The notes beneath the pieces were generated by a model. The model had not been told where the DNA came from, made no database searches, and saw only the letters and a program-made list of their open reading frames with translations. Positions 1 to 9,803 of a stretch of 64,000 nucleotides of DNA are shown in pieces. The position numbers and the translations under genes were made by a program. Origin of the DNA: Nitrospirota bacterium (GTDB taxonomy: Bacteria > Nitrospirota > Nitrospiria > Nitrospirales > Nitrospiraceae); the NCBI GenBank assembly GCA_963701855.1, contig CAVPBK010000004.1, positions 64,001-128,000 on the forward strand. Direction: 5' to 3'. Each line of letters starts with the position of its first letter. Position 1 is the stretch's first letter.

Positions 1-920
1 ACCGCCGCATCTGTCCTCGGCAGCTGAATTTCCTTGATCTCCCCACCGAGCACTTTCAGCTCCTGAATCGCCGCCCGCACGGCCTGCTCCACTTCCGCAT
101 CAAGCCCCTCGGCAAAAAACTCAACCGGCACACCGACCTTCAGCTTTTTAAGATCTTTCTTCTTGAGCGCCTTCAGATAGTCCGGCACTGGAACATCGGC
201 CGATGTCGAGTCTAACGGATCGTGGCCGGCAATGGCCCCAAGGAGAAAGGCGGCGTCCCTCACATCTTTGGTAATTGGCCCGATTTGATCGAGTGAGGAA
301 GCAAAGGCGATCAACCCGTACCGAGAGACCCGCCCGTAGGTCGGCTTAAGACCCACCACCCCGCAAAACGCCGCAGGCTGACGGATCGACCCGCCGGTAT
401 CGGACCCCAACGCCGCGGCACATTCGTCGGCTGCGACAGCCGCTGCAGATCCCCCACTGGATCCACCAGGCACACATTGCAGGTTCCATGGATTGCGGCT
501 GGGTCCAACGGCGGAGTTCTCGGTTGATGAGCCCATCGCAAATTCATCAAGATTTGTCTTCCCAAGCAGCACATACCCCTGCGCGCGCAACTTGGAAATC
601 ACCGTCGCATCGTATGGCGGTACGAAGTTCCCGAGCATGCGGGATGCGCAGGTGGTGAGCATTCCCTCAGTACAAATGTTGTCTTTGATCGCCAGTGGCA
701 TGCCCATCATCGGCGATGTCTTGCGCCACCCTTTCAAGGAGGCATCAAGCGCGCCGGCTTGCGCAACCGCCGCATCTTTGGCCTGCGTGATATACGCCTT
801 CACTTTGGACTCGACCTGGCCGATCCGTAATCCATAGGCACGCACGATCTCTGTGGCCGTGACTTCTCCGGCCGTGAACTTTTCATGGAGATCGTAGAGC
901 GAAAGCTTGTGAAGCGACAT
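1..920 (-). CDS. gatA: Asp/Glu-tRNA amidotransferase subunit A (runs off the window edge)
   Basis: Minus-strand frame from ATG at 920 (MSLHKLSLYDLHEKF); amidase signature GGSSGGSAAAVA...LGSDTGGSIRQPAAFCG; adjacent to gatC. Confidence 0.95.
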   Translation of the reverse strand, partial: MSLHKLSLYDLHEKFTAGEVTATEIVRAYGLRIGQVESKVKAYITQAKDAAVAQAGALDASLKGWRKTSPMMGMPLAIKDNICTEGMLTTCASRMLGNFVPPYDATVISKLRAQGYVLLGKTNLDEFAMGSSTENSAVGPSRNPWNLQCVPGGSSGGSAAAVAADECAAALGSDTGGSIRQPAAFCGVVGLKPTYGRVSRYGLIAFASSLDQIGPITKDVRDAAFLLGAIAGHDPLDSTSADVPVPDYLKALKKKDLKKLKVGVPVEFFAEGLDAEVEQAVRAAIQELKVLGGEIKEIQLPRTDAA

Positions 921-1285
921 CAGTGTTTCGTCTTCCCGGCAACAATTCTGTTCTTCCCGTCGACCTGGATGATCTTGGGAGCATGTCGCTTGATTTCCTC
1001 ATCTGAATAATACTCGTAGCAGAAGATGATAATCTGATCGCGGACCGCGCCTTTCCGCGCCGTCGGCCCATTGAGAATGATCTCACCCTCGCCACGTTTG
1101 CCCGCCACGGCATAGGTCATAAAACGCTCGCCATTGTTCAGATTGGAGCAGACGATCGCCTCATAGGGTAAGATCCCCGCTGCATCCATCAGATCCTCAT
1201 CGATCGTCAGACTGCCTTCGTAGTCGAGGCAGGACTCCGTCACCGTAGCCCGATGGATTTTCGAACGCAACATTTGCCTAAACAT
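920..1285 (-). CDS. panD: Aspartate 1-decarboxylase
   Basis: KIHRATVT...YEGSLTID self-cleavage motif; NGERFMTY. Confidence 0.95.
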   Translation of the reverse strand: MFRQMLRSKIHRATVTESCLDYEGSLTIDEDLMDAAGILPYEAIVCSNLNNGERFMTYAVAGKRGEGEIILNGPTARKGAVRDQIIIFCYEYYSDEEIKRHAPKIIQVDGKNRIVAGKTKH

Positions 1286-1296
1286 TCGGACCTCGC

Positions 1297-1599
1297 TTAA
1301 AGGGGTTGCCGATCTTCGATAATTTTCGGAACCACAAAGAATCCATCGACCGACTCCGGCGCATTGGCCACCCCACGCTCGACGGACAGAGATGGCTTCA
1401 CAATGTCAGGACGAAACACATTGCCTTGCCCCAGCACCGTAGCCGTTGGTTCGACGCCAACAGTGTCGTACTGCTTTAACGTCTCCACGTGAGTGAGAAT
1501 CTGGCTCAACTGTTTCGCAAACGACGCCTTTTCAATATCCGTTAACTCCAGCCGGGCCAGCTTCGCAACCTTCTCAACTTCCTGTTTGGTAATTTCCAT
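1297..1599 (-). CDS. gatC: Asp/Glu-tRNA amidotransferase subunit C
   Basis: ITKQEVEKVAKLARLEL...NAP...FFVVPKII; AAGGA RBS before ATG at 1599. Confidence 0.95.
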   Translation of the reverse strand: MEITKQEVEKVAKLARLELTDIEKASFAKQLSQILTHVETLKQYDTVGVEPTATVLGQGNVFRPDIVKPSLSVERGVANAPESVDGFFVVPKIIEDRQPL

Positions 1600-2217
1600 C
1601 ACAAATCCTTGTTCACCCAAGAAGATGCAATATAATCATCCCCCAAGATCCCCGAAAGTTTGGTAACCAAGAACAACGTAATCCTCGAACTCCACCGTAT
1701 TAACCAATCCCAACTCATCGCCTGCATCCACATAAATAGACACACGAAACGTTCTATTTCTTCCACAATAATTTGGGGTAGAATATCACTGAACCCATAG
1801 AAATTCCAGGGAAATTTGAGCGTAAACCCTGACAGGCCCTCGTGACGACTCGCTAGGCTAGCCCTCAAAGCGAGCGCGTCAAATATTCTTAGTAGAGACT
1901 CTGCATGACCGCCTCACAACAGGCCCCCTGCTGAATTCATCGTGTGACACGAGACTGTCGCACATCGACACCCGTCACGGACAAGGGGACAGTCCATCGG
2001 CAGCACAGGCATTATCGATGCGGTATGGCCTTCTGTGGGAGGGAATGCCAGAGTGAAAGCGTTTCTCAGTTGTGGAATAGAAACTAATCAGCTAAGTTTT
2101 CTTTGAGCATGCCGTCTATCCCCCAGTCCGAGAGCGGCCATCATCTCATGCGGCTGTGTCCCTGCAAGAGGACCTGCACGTCAGCCCAAATATGCGTACG
2201 CTGATCGAGGCCAGACC

Positions 2218-3318
2218 ATGAAGCGGATTGATTTGATCGCAGGGGCGCGGCCCAATTTCATGAAGATTGCGCCGATCATCGACGCGCTGAACGCGGCAGA
2301 GACGCGGGGCGGTTCCTTGCGGTTTCGTTTGATCCATACGGGCCAACATTATGACCGGGCCATGTCTGGTAGTTTTTTCGAAGAGCTCGGCATTCCGGAT
2401 CCTGACATTAATCTAGAAGTAGGCTCTGGCACCCAAGCTGAACAGACCGCCGCCATCATGGTGAACTATGAAAATGTCCTGCTGAAGCAGAAGAGCGACC
2501 TCTGCCTGGTCGTAGGGGACGTGACCTCGACCATGGCCTGCTCCATCGCCGCCCGCAAGTTGGGAATACCCGTAGCACATGTGGAGGGTGGTATACGCTC
2601 AGGCGACTGGACCATGCCAGAGGAAATCAACCGGGTGGTGACCGACTCCATCACGAATTGGTTTTTCACCACCAGCGAAACCGCCAATGACAATTTGCGC
2701 CGGGCTGGTGTCTCGGACGATCGCATCTTCTTTGTCGGCAATACGATGATTGATACCCTGCTCAAGCAGCTCCCGCGCTTGCGCCCGCCTGCCTGTTGGA
2801 GATCGCTGAAGCTTGAACCAAACAACTACTTTGTAGTCACCCTACATCGCCCGGCAAACGTAGACGGGGAGCAGCAGTTACTACAGCTGCTGCATGCCAT
2901 AGCCGAAGGCACGCGCGGCTTGCCAGTGGTGTTTCCCGTCCATCCGCGAACCGCAAAGAATCTTCGCGATCTCAACAGCACGACACCGCAACTGAATTAT
3001 GTCGACCCACTGGGCTATCTGGAATTCAATTACTTGGTAAAGCATGCCCGTGGGGTAATAACCGATTCCGGTGGTATCACCGAAGAAACAACCGTTCTCG
3101 GCATACCGTGCTTAACCCTGCGCGACAACACCGAACGTCCCGAAACCGTGACAATTGGGACAAACGAACTGATTGGAACCGATCCAAGCAAGTTGCCGCC
3201 GGCGCTGGTACGATTGATGGCAGGGCAGTGGAAAACCGGAGCGATTCCTCTGAAATGGGACGGCAAGGCGGCAGAGCGGATTGTCGAGCATCTGGAACGA
3301 TTACTGCTTCAGAAATAG
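2218..3318 (+). CDS. wecB: UDP-N-acetylglucosamine 2-epimerase (non-hydrolysing)
   Basis: GARPNFMK, HTGQHYD, HVEGGIRS, MPEEINR, TDSGGITEE, TERPE motifs. Confidence 0.93.
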   Translation: MKRIDLIAGARPNFMKIAPIIDALNAAETRGGSLRFRLIHTGQHYDRAMSGSFFEELGIPDPDINLEVGSGTQAEQTAAIMVNYENVLLKQKSDLCLVVGDVTSTMACSIAARKLGIPVAHVEGGIRSGDWTMPEEINRVVTDSITNWFFTTSETANDNLRRAGVSDDRIFFVGNTMIDTLLKQLPRLRPPACWRSLKLEPNNYFVVTLHRPANVDGEQQLLQLLHAIAEGTRGLPVVFPVHPRTAKNLRDLNSTTPQLNYVDPLGYLEFNYLVKHARGVITDSGGITEETTVLGIPCLTLRDNTERPETVTIGTNELIGTDPSKLPPALVRLMAGQWKTGAIPLKWDGKAAERIVEHLERLLLQK

Positions 3319-3649
3319 CGCACCTTGCAAACATCGTAATACTACCCACTGACAATACAGCTTTCACCTGATTCTCGCCCAACATCCTTATACAGGGACG
3401 CCACTAGAGGTCTCGAAGACCTTCCCCTCCTCGTCGTGGTCTTCCACGGGAAACGAGGCCTCCCATGTTGAGACTCGTCACAAAAATATCTGACGTCTCT
3501 CACACGTTTTCCTCGTGGATGTCACAAATTGTGTCCAGAGGGTGCACTTAATAATAAGATGGAAACTGATTCAGAATGAAGATTCAATGGAGCCGGCAGT
3601 GACTTTACTTTCAATTAATACCGCGAGCACGGAAACCCACGATCGCCCC

Positions 3650-5479
3650 TCATTCCACCGTCACACTCTTGGCCAAATTCCGTGGCTGATCGACATCCGC
3701 ACCGCGCAGAACCGCAATATGATACGCCAGAAGCTGCAGTGGAATCGTAAACAAAATCGGCGAGAGCAGCGGATGGGTATCGGGAATCGTGAACACCGCA
3801 TCGGCAATTTTCCCCAACTCCCGCTCGCCCTCCGCCACCAACGCAATGACCGGCGCATGCCGGGCTTTCACTTCCATCAGATTGCTTACCGTCTTTTCGT
3901 ATAACCGGTCCTTCGGCGCCAACACAACCACCGGCATATCCTTATCGATGAGCGCGATAGGACCGTGCTTCATCTCTCCCGCGGCATAGCCTTCGGCATG
4001 GATATAGGACACTTCTTTTAGTTTCAATGCGCCTTCAAGGGCGATCGGAAAGTTGATGCCGCGACCGAGGAATAAAAAGTTCCGTTTCTTGTGATACCGC
4101 TTGGCAATCGCGACAATCTCCGCCTCGCGACTGAGCACTCGCTCGACTAATACCGGAAGTCGAACGAGGCGATCGAGCCAGGCCTTGCCGTCTGCGACAG
4201 ATAGGGTTCCGCGCACGCGGCCCAAATGCAAGGCCAGCATGTAGAGCGCGGTGAGCTGCGCGGTAAAGGCCTTGGTTGAGGCGACGCCGATTTCAGGCCC
4301 GCAATGTGTATACAGCGCCCCATCCGATTCGCGAGCCAAAGTACTGCCCACCACGTTCACAATCGACACGACACGCGCCCCTTTTTCCCTCGCTTCACGC
4401 GCAGCGGCCAGCGTGTCAGCCGTCTCGCCAGACTGCGAGATCGTGATAAAGAGATCGTTTTTACCGACCAGCGGATCGCGGTAGCGGAATTCGCTGGCGA
4501 TATCGACCTGCACCGGCGTACGGACCATCTCCTCCAGCAGATACTTCCCAACGAGCCCCGAATGCCACGAAGTGCCACAAGCGACGATCCAAATCCGTCC
4601 GACGGCGGCAAACTGTTTTGGCGTCAATCCGATATCCGGCAGGTCCGCCTCGCCGGTCTCGTAGGAGTAGCGCCCGCGCATCGTATCGAGAATCGTCTGC
4701 GGCTGTTCGTGAATCTCTTTCAACATGAAATGCGGAAATCCGCTCTTTTCCGCTGCGGAGGCATCCCAGGTGATCTTCGTTTGTTTCCGTTTAACAGAGC
4801 GGCCCTCGATATCGGTTAGATGGATGTTGGTCGCGGTCACGACCGCCACATCGCCTTCTTCGAGGTAGGTCACATCACGGGTATGGGCAAGCATGGCCAT
4901 GACGTCGGACGCGACAAAAGACGCCTTGGCGGTTGTGCCTACGACCAGTGGACATCCGGAGCGCGCCGCGATCATCGTCCCAGGTTCCCGCTCCGAAATG
5001 ACGGCGAGCGCATAACTCCCACGCACATCTTTCGTGGCAGCTCGTACTGCTTCGTCCAGCTTCATGCCTTGTTCGAGATATTTGTCGATCAGATGCGCCA
5101 CGACTTCCGTATCCGTTTCCGAATGAAACTTGTAGCCCTCTTTTTCCAATTGCTGTTTCAACGGTTGGTAGTTTTCGATGATGCCGTTGTGCACGAGCAC
5201 GCAGCCTTTCGAGCGGTGCGGGTGGGCATTCTGCTCCGAGGGTTTCCCGTGCGTCGCCCATCGCGTGTGGCCGATTCCCACAGTGCCCTTGAGTTCTTTC
5301 TCCTTGAGCGACTTCTGAAGATTGGCCAGTTTACCGACCGTGCGCCGAATTTCAATTTTATCGCCTTGCAGTACCGCAACGCCGGCTGAGTCATAGCCTC
5401 GATACTCCAGCTTGGCAAGACCGCTGATCAGAATCGGTACCGTCTCCTGATTGCCCACATATCCGACAATTCCACACAT
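3650..5479 (-). CDS. glmS: Glutamine--fructose-6-phosphate aminotransferase
   Basis: MCGIVG N-terminus, GHTRWATHG, SQSGETAD, PRNLAKSVTVE C-terminus. Confidence 0.98.
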   Translation of the reverse strand: MCGIVGYVGNQETVPILISGLAKLEYRGYDSAGVAVLQGDKIEIRRTVGKLANLQKSLKEKELKGTVGIGHTRWATHGKPSEQNAHPHRSKGCVLVHNGIIENYQPLKQQLEKEGYKFHSETDTEVVAHLIDKYLEQGMKLDEAVRAATKDVRGSYALAVISEREPGTMIAARSGCPLVVGTTAKASFVASDVMAMLAHTRDVTYLEEGDVAVVTATNIHLTDIEGRSVKRKQTKITWDASAAEKSGFPHFMLKEIHEQPQTILDTMRGRYSYETGEADLPDIGLTPKQFAAVGRIWIVACGTSWHSGLVGKYLLEEMVRTPVQVDIASEFRYRDPLVGKNDLFITISQSGETADTLAAAREAREKGARVVSIVNVVGSTLARESDGALYTHCGPEIGVASTKAFTAQLTALYMLALHLGRVRGTLSVADGKAWLDRLVRLPVLVERVLSREAEIVAIAKRYHKKRNFLFLGRGINFPIALEGALKLKEVSYIHAEGYAAGEMKHGPIALIDKDMPVVVLAPKDRLYEKTVSNLMEVKARHAPVIALVAEGERELGKIADAVFTIPDTHPLLSPILFTIPLQLLAYHIAVLRGADVDQPRNLAKSVTVE

Positions 5480-5488
5480 ACTTAACCC

Positions 5489-7087
5489 CTATTGTGGTTT
5501 CTTCACGTATCTACCCTTTGAAGCCACCGGTTGTTTCTTCGTAAGGCGAGTAGACTTCGTTTCACGTTTCATATTTAACGTTTCACCATGTGCACCGGTT
5601 TGCAATGCCCGCCGGCGCGCAGCCCATCCCACACGATTCACTTGAGGCACTCGCCCAATCACCAAGGCATCCGCCGGCACATCCTCCGTGACCGTGGTGC
5701 CGGCTGCGATGATGGCTCCCGCCCCCACCGTCACCGGTGCAATTAACTGCGTATCGCTGCCGAGAAAGACCCCATCCCCAATCACCGTCTGAAACTTTCG
5801 CACACCATCGTAGTTACAGGTGATGGTGCCGGCGCCGATGTTGACCCCTTTCCCAATCTTTGTGTCCCCGAGGTAACTCAGATGGTTCGCCTTGGATCCT
5901 TCGCCCAGATCGGTTTTTTTCATCTCGACAAAGTTCCCGACCTTGGCCTTCTTCCGCACCACGACACCGGGACGCAGATGAACAAATGGGCCCAGTCGCG
6001 CATCGTCTTCAATATGAGAATCAGCAAATACGCAGTGATCGAGAATCTCGACGCCATTACCGACGGTGCAATCCCTCAGTCGTGTAGAGGAGCGCAGCAC
6101 ACAATCCTCCCCAATCACCGTGGTCCCTTCAAGCGTCACATTGGGGTAGAGTATCGTGTCTTTCCCGATCGTGACAGTGGCGTCAATCCATACCGAAGCT
6201 GGATCGATCATCGTCACCCCGGCATCCAACCAGCGGTTTCGAATCTGCTGCCGTACCACCTGCTCAGCCTCGGCAAGCTGTCGGCGCGTATTCACACCAA
6301 GTCCTTCACCGGGATTGTCGAGCACCACAGCGGCCACACGCCGTCCGGAATGTTCTGCAAGATGAATGATATCCGTCAAATAATATTCCCCTTGGACGTT
6401 GCTGGGATCGAGTTTTTCCAAAGCGCTGAAGAGAAACTCGCCGTCGACCACATAGGTGCCCACATTGATTTCATGGATCGCTCGCTCCTCCGCGGTGGCG
6501 TCGCGATCCTCGACAATGCGAGAAACACCCCGCTCGGCTGAGTGACCACGCACGACCCGTCCATATCCGCTTGCGTCTTCGAGCATCGCAGTAAGAATGG
6601 TCACGGTCGCGCGTTCCGCCTCATGAACACGAAGGAGTTCGCGTACGGTCTTTTCCTGAAGGAGCGGCGTATCACCGTTCAGAATGAGATACTTGGATGG
6701 GGCACCCCGCTTGCCTACCGCAAAGACCGGACGGCTCTGCAATACCGCATGACCCGTGCCCAATTGCTCCCGCTGTTCGACAATCGCAACTATGGAGCTG
6801 CCGCTCTTTCCTGATATCGCGTGGCCGATCACCTGGCGAACCAGATCGGCCTGATGCCCCACCACAACAGCCACACGATCCCCGGAAACGCGCAACCCGA
6901 GCCTAACCGAATAGAGCACCATCGCCTGGCCGGCCACCTGATGCAGCACCTTTGCCTGCTTTGAACGCATGCGCTTTCCAAGCCCAGCAGCCATCACGAC
7001 CACCGCAAGGCCGGCAATCTTTCCCGGCTGGTCGAGGCTGACCGGCTTCTTCACCGTCGAGACTTCAGTGGATCGAGAACGACTCAT
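5489..7087 (-). CDS. glmU: Bifunctional GlcNAc-1-P uridyltransferase/glucosamine-1-P acetyltransferase
   Basis: MAAGLGKRMRS, QLGTGHAV, GEYYLTD, hexapeptide repeats, NYDG. Confidence 0.96.
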   Translation of the reverse strand: MSRSRSTEVSTVKKPVSLDQPGKIAGLAVVVMAAGLGKRMRSKQAKVLHQVAGQAMVLYSVRLGLRVSGDRVAVVVGHQADLVRQVIGHAISGKSGSSIVAIVEQREQLGTGHAVLQSRPVFAVGKRGAPSKYLILNGDTPLLQEKTVRELLRVHEAERATVTILTAMLEDASGYGRVVRGHSAERGVSRIVEDRDATAEERAIHEINVGTYVVDGEFLFSALEKLDPSNVQGEYYLTDIIHLAEHSGRRVAAVVLDNPGEGLGVNTRRQLAEAEQVVRQQIRNRWLDAGVTMIDPASVWIDATVTIGKDTILYPNVTLEGTTVIGEDCVLRSSTRLRDCTVGNGVEILDHCVFADSHIEDDARLGPFVHLRPGVVVRKKAKVGNFVEMKKTDLGEGSKANHLSYLGDTKIGKGVNIGAGTITCNYDGVRKFQTVIGDGVFLGSDTQLIAPVTVGAGAIIAAGTTVTEDVPADALVIGRVPQVNRVGWAARRRALQTGAHGETLNMKRETKSTRLTKKQPVASKGRYVKKPQ

Positions 7088-7752
7088 CCGATCGGCACCC
7101 CTGTTTCAGGCTGTTTGACCGCGCCCCACTTCGCCGTGGCAGGCACAGCCGATGCCAGGGACGTGGATGGTGAACAGAGTCCGCCCGAGACAATGAGCTT
7201 CATCGCCTCTTCTACGCTCATATCGACGGATGTGACTTCATGTTCCGGCACCAACAGGAAATAGCCCGACGTGGGATTCGGAGACGTCGGCACATACACG
7301 TGGATCAGCGGTTCCTGCGCGAGATCTTGCATCTCCCCTTTGGTCACGCCAGTCACAAAGGCAATACAATAGTGGCCATTCTTGGGAAATTGAATCATCA
7401 CGACACGATTATACGACGCATTCTCAGAAGCCGACAAAATATCCATCACGGATTTCAACGTCGAGTAGATCCCTCGCACGAGCGGAACACGATTCAGGCA
7501 TTGCTCCCACCACTTCACGATTTGACGGCCCATAAAATTGGTGGCAAACAGCCCTGTCGCAAAGACCAAGACGATCAACGCCAGAATCCCCAAACCTGGC
7601 ACATAATGACTGGGCACCAACTGAACCAGGAGATCTCCGAGAATCCCATCGACAGCCACGAACAGCGCCTTCAAAATAAGGATCGTTCCCCAGATGGGGA
7701 TAATCACGAGCAGGCCCGTCAGAAAGTAGCGTTTTAGCAAGGTTTTCAGCAT
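7084..7752 (-). CDS. DUF502 family membrane protein
   Basis: N-terminal TM helices, RVPLVRGIYS, VYVPTSPNPTSGY, EEAMKLIVSGG. Confidence 0.85.
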   Translation of the reverse strand: MLKTLLKRYFLTGLLVIIPIWGTILILKALFVAVDGILGDLLVQLVPSHYVPGLGILALIVLVFATGLFATNFMGRQIVKWWEQCLNRVPLVRGIYSTLKSVMDILSASENASYNRVVMIQFPKNGHYCIAFVTGVTKGEMQDLAQEPLIHVYVPTSPNPTSGYFLLVPEHEVTSVDMSVEEAMKLIVSGGLCSPSTSLASAVPATAKWGAVKQPETGVPIG

Positions 7753-7884
7753 ATATATGTGCTGACAGAAGTAGAGGGTCATCATACAGAGAATTCCGAG
7801 GGCCTCGCAAGCCTTTTCTTGCTATTTTCAACGACTTGGAATACCATCCCGCCCGTTTTCTTCACCTACGAAGGCCACCGGACA

Positions 7885-8550
7885 ATGGGAACACAGAAGA
7901 AGCAGACTCGCGGCCTGTTTATTACTCTGGAGGGAATAGAAGGTAGTGGGAAAAGCACCCAGATTCGCCACCTCGCGGAGGCGCTGACTCAGATAGGATA
8001 CCGCGTACTCCAAACCAGAGAACCAGGTGGCACTGCTACCGCTGAAGCGATCCGCCATATTCTCCTCACGGCGTCGTCTCACGAACCGATTACGCCTCAG
8101 ACCGAAGCCATGCTGATCCTCGCTGCGAGATGTCAGCACGTCACACATCTCATCAGGCCGGCGCTGCAGCAAGGCACCGTGGTGCTCTGCGACCGGTTTT
8201 CCGATTCTACGTTCGCCTATCAAGGATTCGCGCGCGGCCTTGATCTCCAATGGCTACGGACGGCCAACAGGGTCGCAACCGGTGGGCTCACGCCGAATCT
8301 TACCGTCATACTCGACCTCCCCGTTTCAGTGGGTTTGGCCAGACGGCGAGCCGATCGTGGACAACAGAATCGGCTGGATCGGGAGACCGAACGGTTCCAC
8401 CGAAAAGTGCGTCGGGGGTTTCTGGCACTCGCCGCCAAAGCATCCGGCCGCATGAGGATCGTGAATGCGAATCGGTCCGCGCAGGAAGTTCAGGACGAGC
8501 TCATCGAGATCGTGGTAGGCTGGATCGCTCGACAGCGCAGCCGGAGCTAG
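7885..8550 (+). CDS. tmk: Thymidylate kinase
   Basis: FITLEGIEGSGKSTQ P-loop, TREPGGT, DRFSDSTFAYQG. Confidence 0.95.
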   Translation: MGTQKKQTRGLFITLEGIEGSGKSTQIRHLAEALTQIGYRVLQTREPGGTATAEAIRHILLTASSHEPITPQTEAMLILAARCQHVTHLIRPALQQGTVVLCDRFSDSTFAYQGFARGLDLQWLRTANRVATGGLTPNLTVILDLPVSVGLARRRADRGQQNRLDRETERFHRKVRRGFLALAAKASGRMRIVNANRSAQEVQDELIEIVVGWIARQRSRS

Positions 8551-8561
8551 CCCGAATTATC

Positions 8562-8720
8562 CATGAGCGTTTCTACTGCAATCGCGGATTCGCTGCTGCG
8601 ACGAGCCTTCGGCGGGCAGGCTCGCCGCTCGCTCCCTCGACGTACTGTTCAAGTACGCCTCGCGGCTCCGCATGCCCGTCTCGCAACGCGACTGCGCAAT
8701 TTCGCGACGAACCATCATGA
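8562..8720. repeat. Divergent palindromic element related to repeat family A
   Basis: Imperfect long inverted repeat; core CTCGACGTAC-TGTTCAA-GTACGCCTC matches family A core CTCAACGTAC-CCCAGAGG-GTACGCCTC. Confidence 0.55.
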
Positions 8721-8735
8721 ATAATGCGGGCTAGC

Positions 8736-9764
8736 ATGCCATTTCACGACTGTATCGGCCATCAACAATCCATCGCACTCTTACAATCCGCCGTCACCCA
8801 TGAGCGGTTGGCTCACGCCTATCTGTTCCACGGCGAGGAGGCCATTGGAAAACGATTGACGGCTATTCGCCTCGCGCAAGCGCTCAACTGCGAACAGCCT
8901 CCCGAGGCGCAAGGTCTCGACAGTTGCGGTACATGCCGATCCTGCCAGCAGATTGAGGCCCGCACGCATCCGGACTTTTTCGTCATCGAGCCGGACCAAG
9001 AACAGGCCACCCAGCAAATCAAAATTGAGCAAGTCCGCGAGATCGAACACCAGATCATGTACCGTCCGCTCATCGGTGAGCGAAAGATCTGTCTGATCGA
9101 CAACTCCGACCGCATGACGATTGGCGCGGCCAACGCACTGTTGAAAACGTTGGAGGAGCCGCCCGCGCATAGCCTCTTCCTCGTCATCTCAAGTCGCCCC
9201 GCTGCCCTCCCGGCGACCATCCGGTCACGCTGTCAGGCCCTTCGCTTTACGACACCGGCGCGCACACAGGTGGAAGCGGCACTCATCCTGAAACGCGAAA
9301 TCCCTCCCACAGACGCGCGATTCCTCGCCATCATCAGCGAAGGCCGTCTCGGGGAAGCACTCACCGCTGATGTGAAAAACACTCGCGCGCGCCAGCAAGA
9401 ACTTGTGGACTTGGTCAGTCCCCAAGCTTTGCAATCGATCGCGTCCATCCTGTCCTCGGCGGAAACGATTGCGAAGGCCGATCGCGCACAGGACATGCTC
9501 GCCTGGCTGGCTCGCTGGATCCGAGACCTCATATTGATTCAGGTCGGAGGAGATCGTGACCAGATACTCTACCTTGACAATCTCGCAACGCTAGAACTCT
9601 ACGCGCAACAGGCCAATACCGATTCTCTGTTGGACCTGCTCCGTGAGATTGAGATGACCGAGCAGCGGGCCACAAGACACCTCAATCTCCACATGGCGCT
9701 AGAGATAATATTGCTCCGCCTGCGCGATGCAGTGGGTGTGTCGTCCGTCCCGCAACCTGCCTAG
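8736..9764 (+). CDS. holB: DNA polymerase III delta' subunit
   Basis: HAYLFHG, C..CRSC zinc motif, HPDF, AANALLKTLEEPP, TIRSRC; follows tmk. Confidence 0.93.
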   Translation: MPFHDCIGHQQSIALLQSAVTHERLAHAYLFHGEEAIGKRLTAIRLAQALNCEQPPEAQGLDSCGTCRSCQQIEARTHPDFFVIEPDQEQATQQIKIEQVREIEHQIMYRPLIGERKICLIDNSDRMTIGAANALLKTLEEPPAHSLFLVISSRPAALPATIRSRCQALRFTTPARTQVEAALILKREIPPTDARFLAIISEGRLGEALTADVKNTRARQQELVDLVSPQALQSIASILSSAETIAKADRAQDMLAWLARWIRDLILIQVGGDRDQILYLDNLATLELYAQQANTDSLLDLLREIEMTEQRATRHLNLHMALEIILLRLRDAVGVSSVPQPA

Positions 9765-9803
9765 CTTTCGCCATTTATTACCTGGTATCTTTTGTCACGC
9801 CAC

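Noticed and set aside
1620..2200. AT-rich spacer with short ORFs upstream of gatC
   Set aside because: Possibly gene debris, but no frame gave a motif I could support
5480..5488. glmS ribozyme
   Set aside because: glmU ends 9 bp upstream of glmS, leaving no room for a leader RNA
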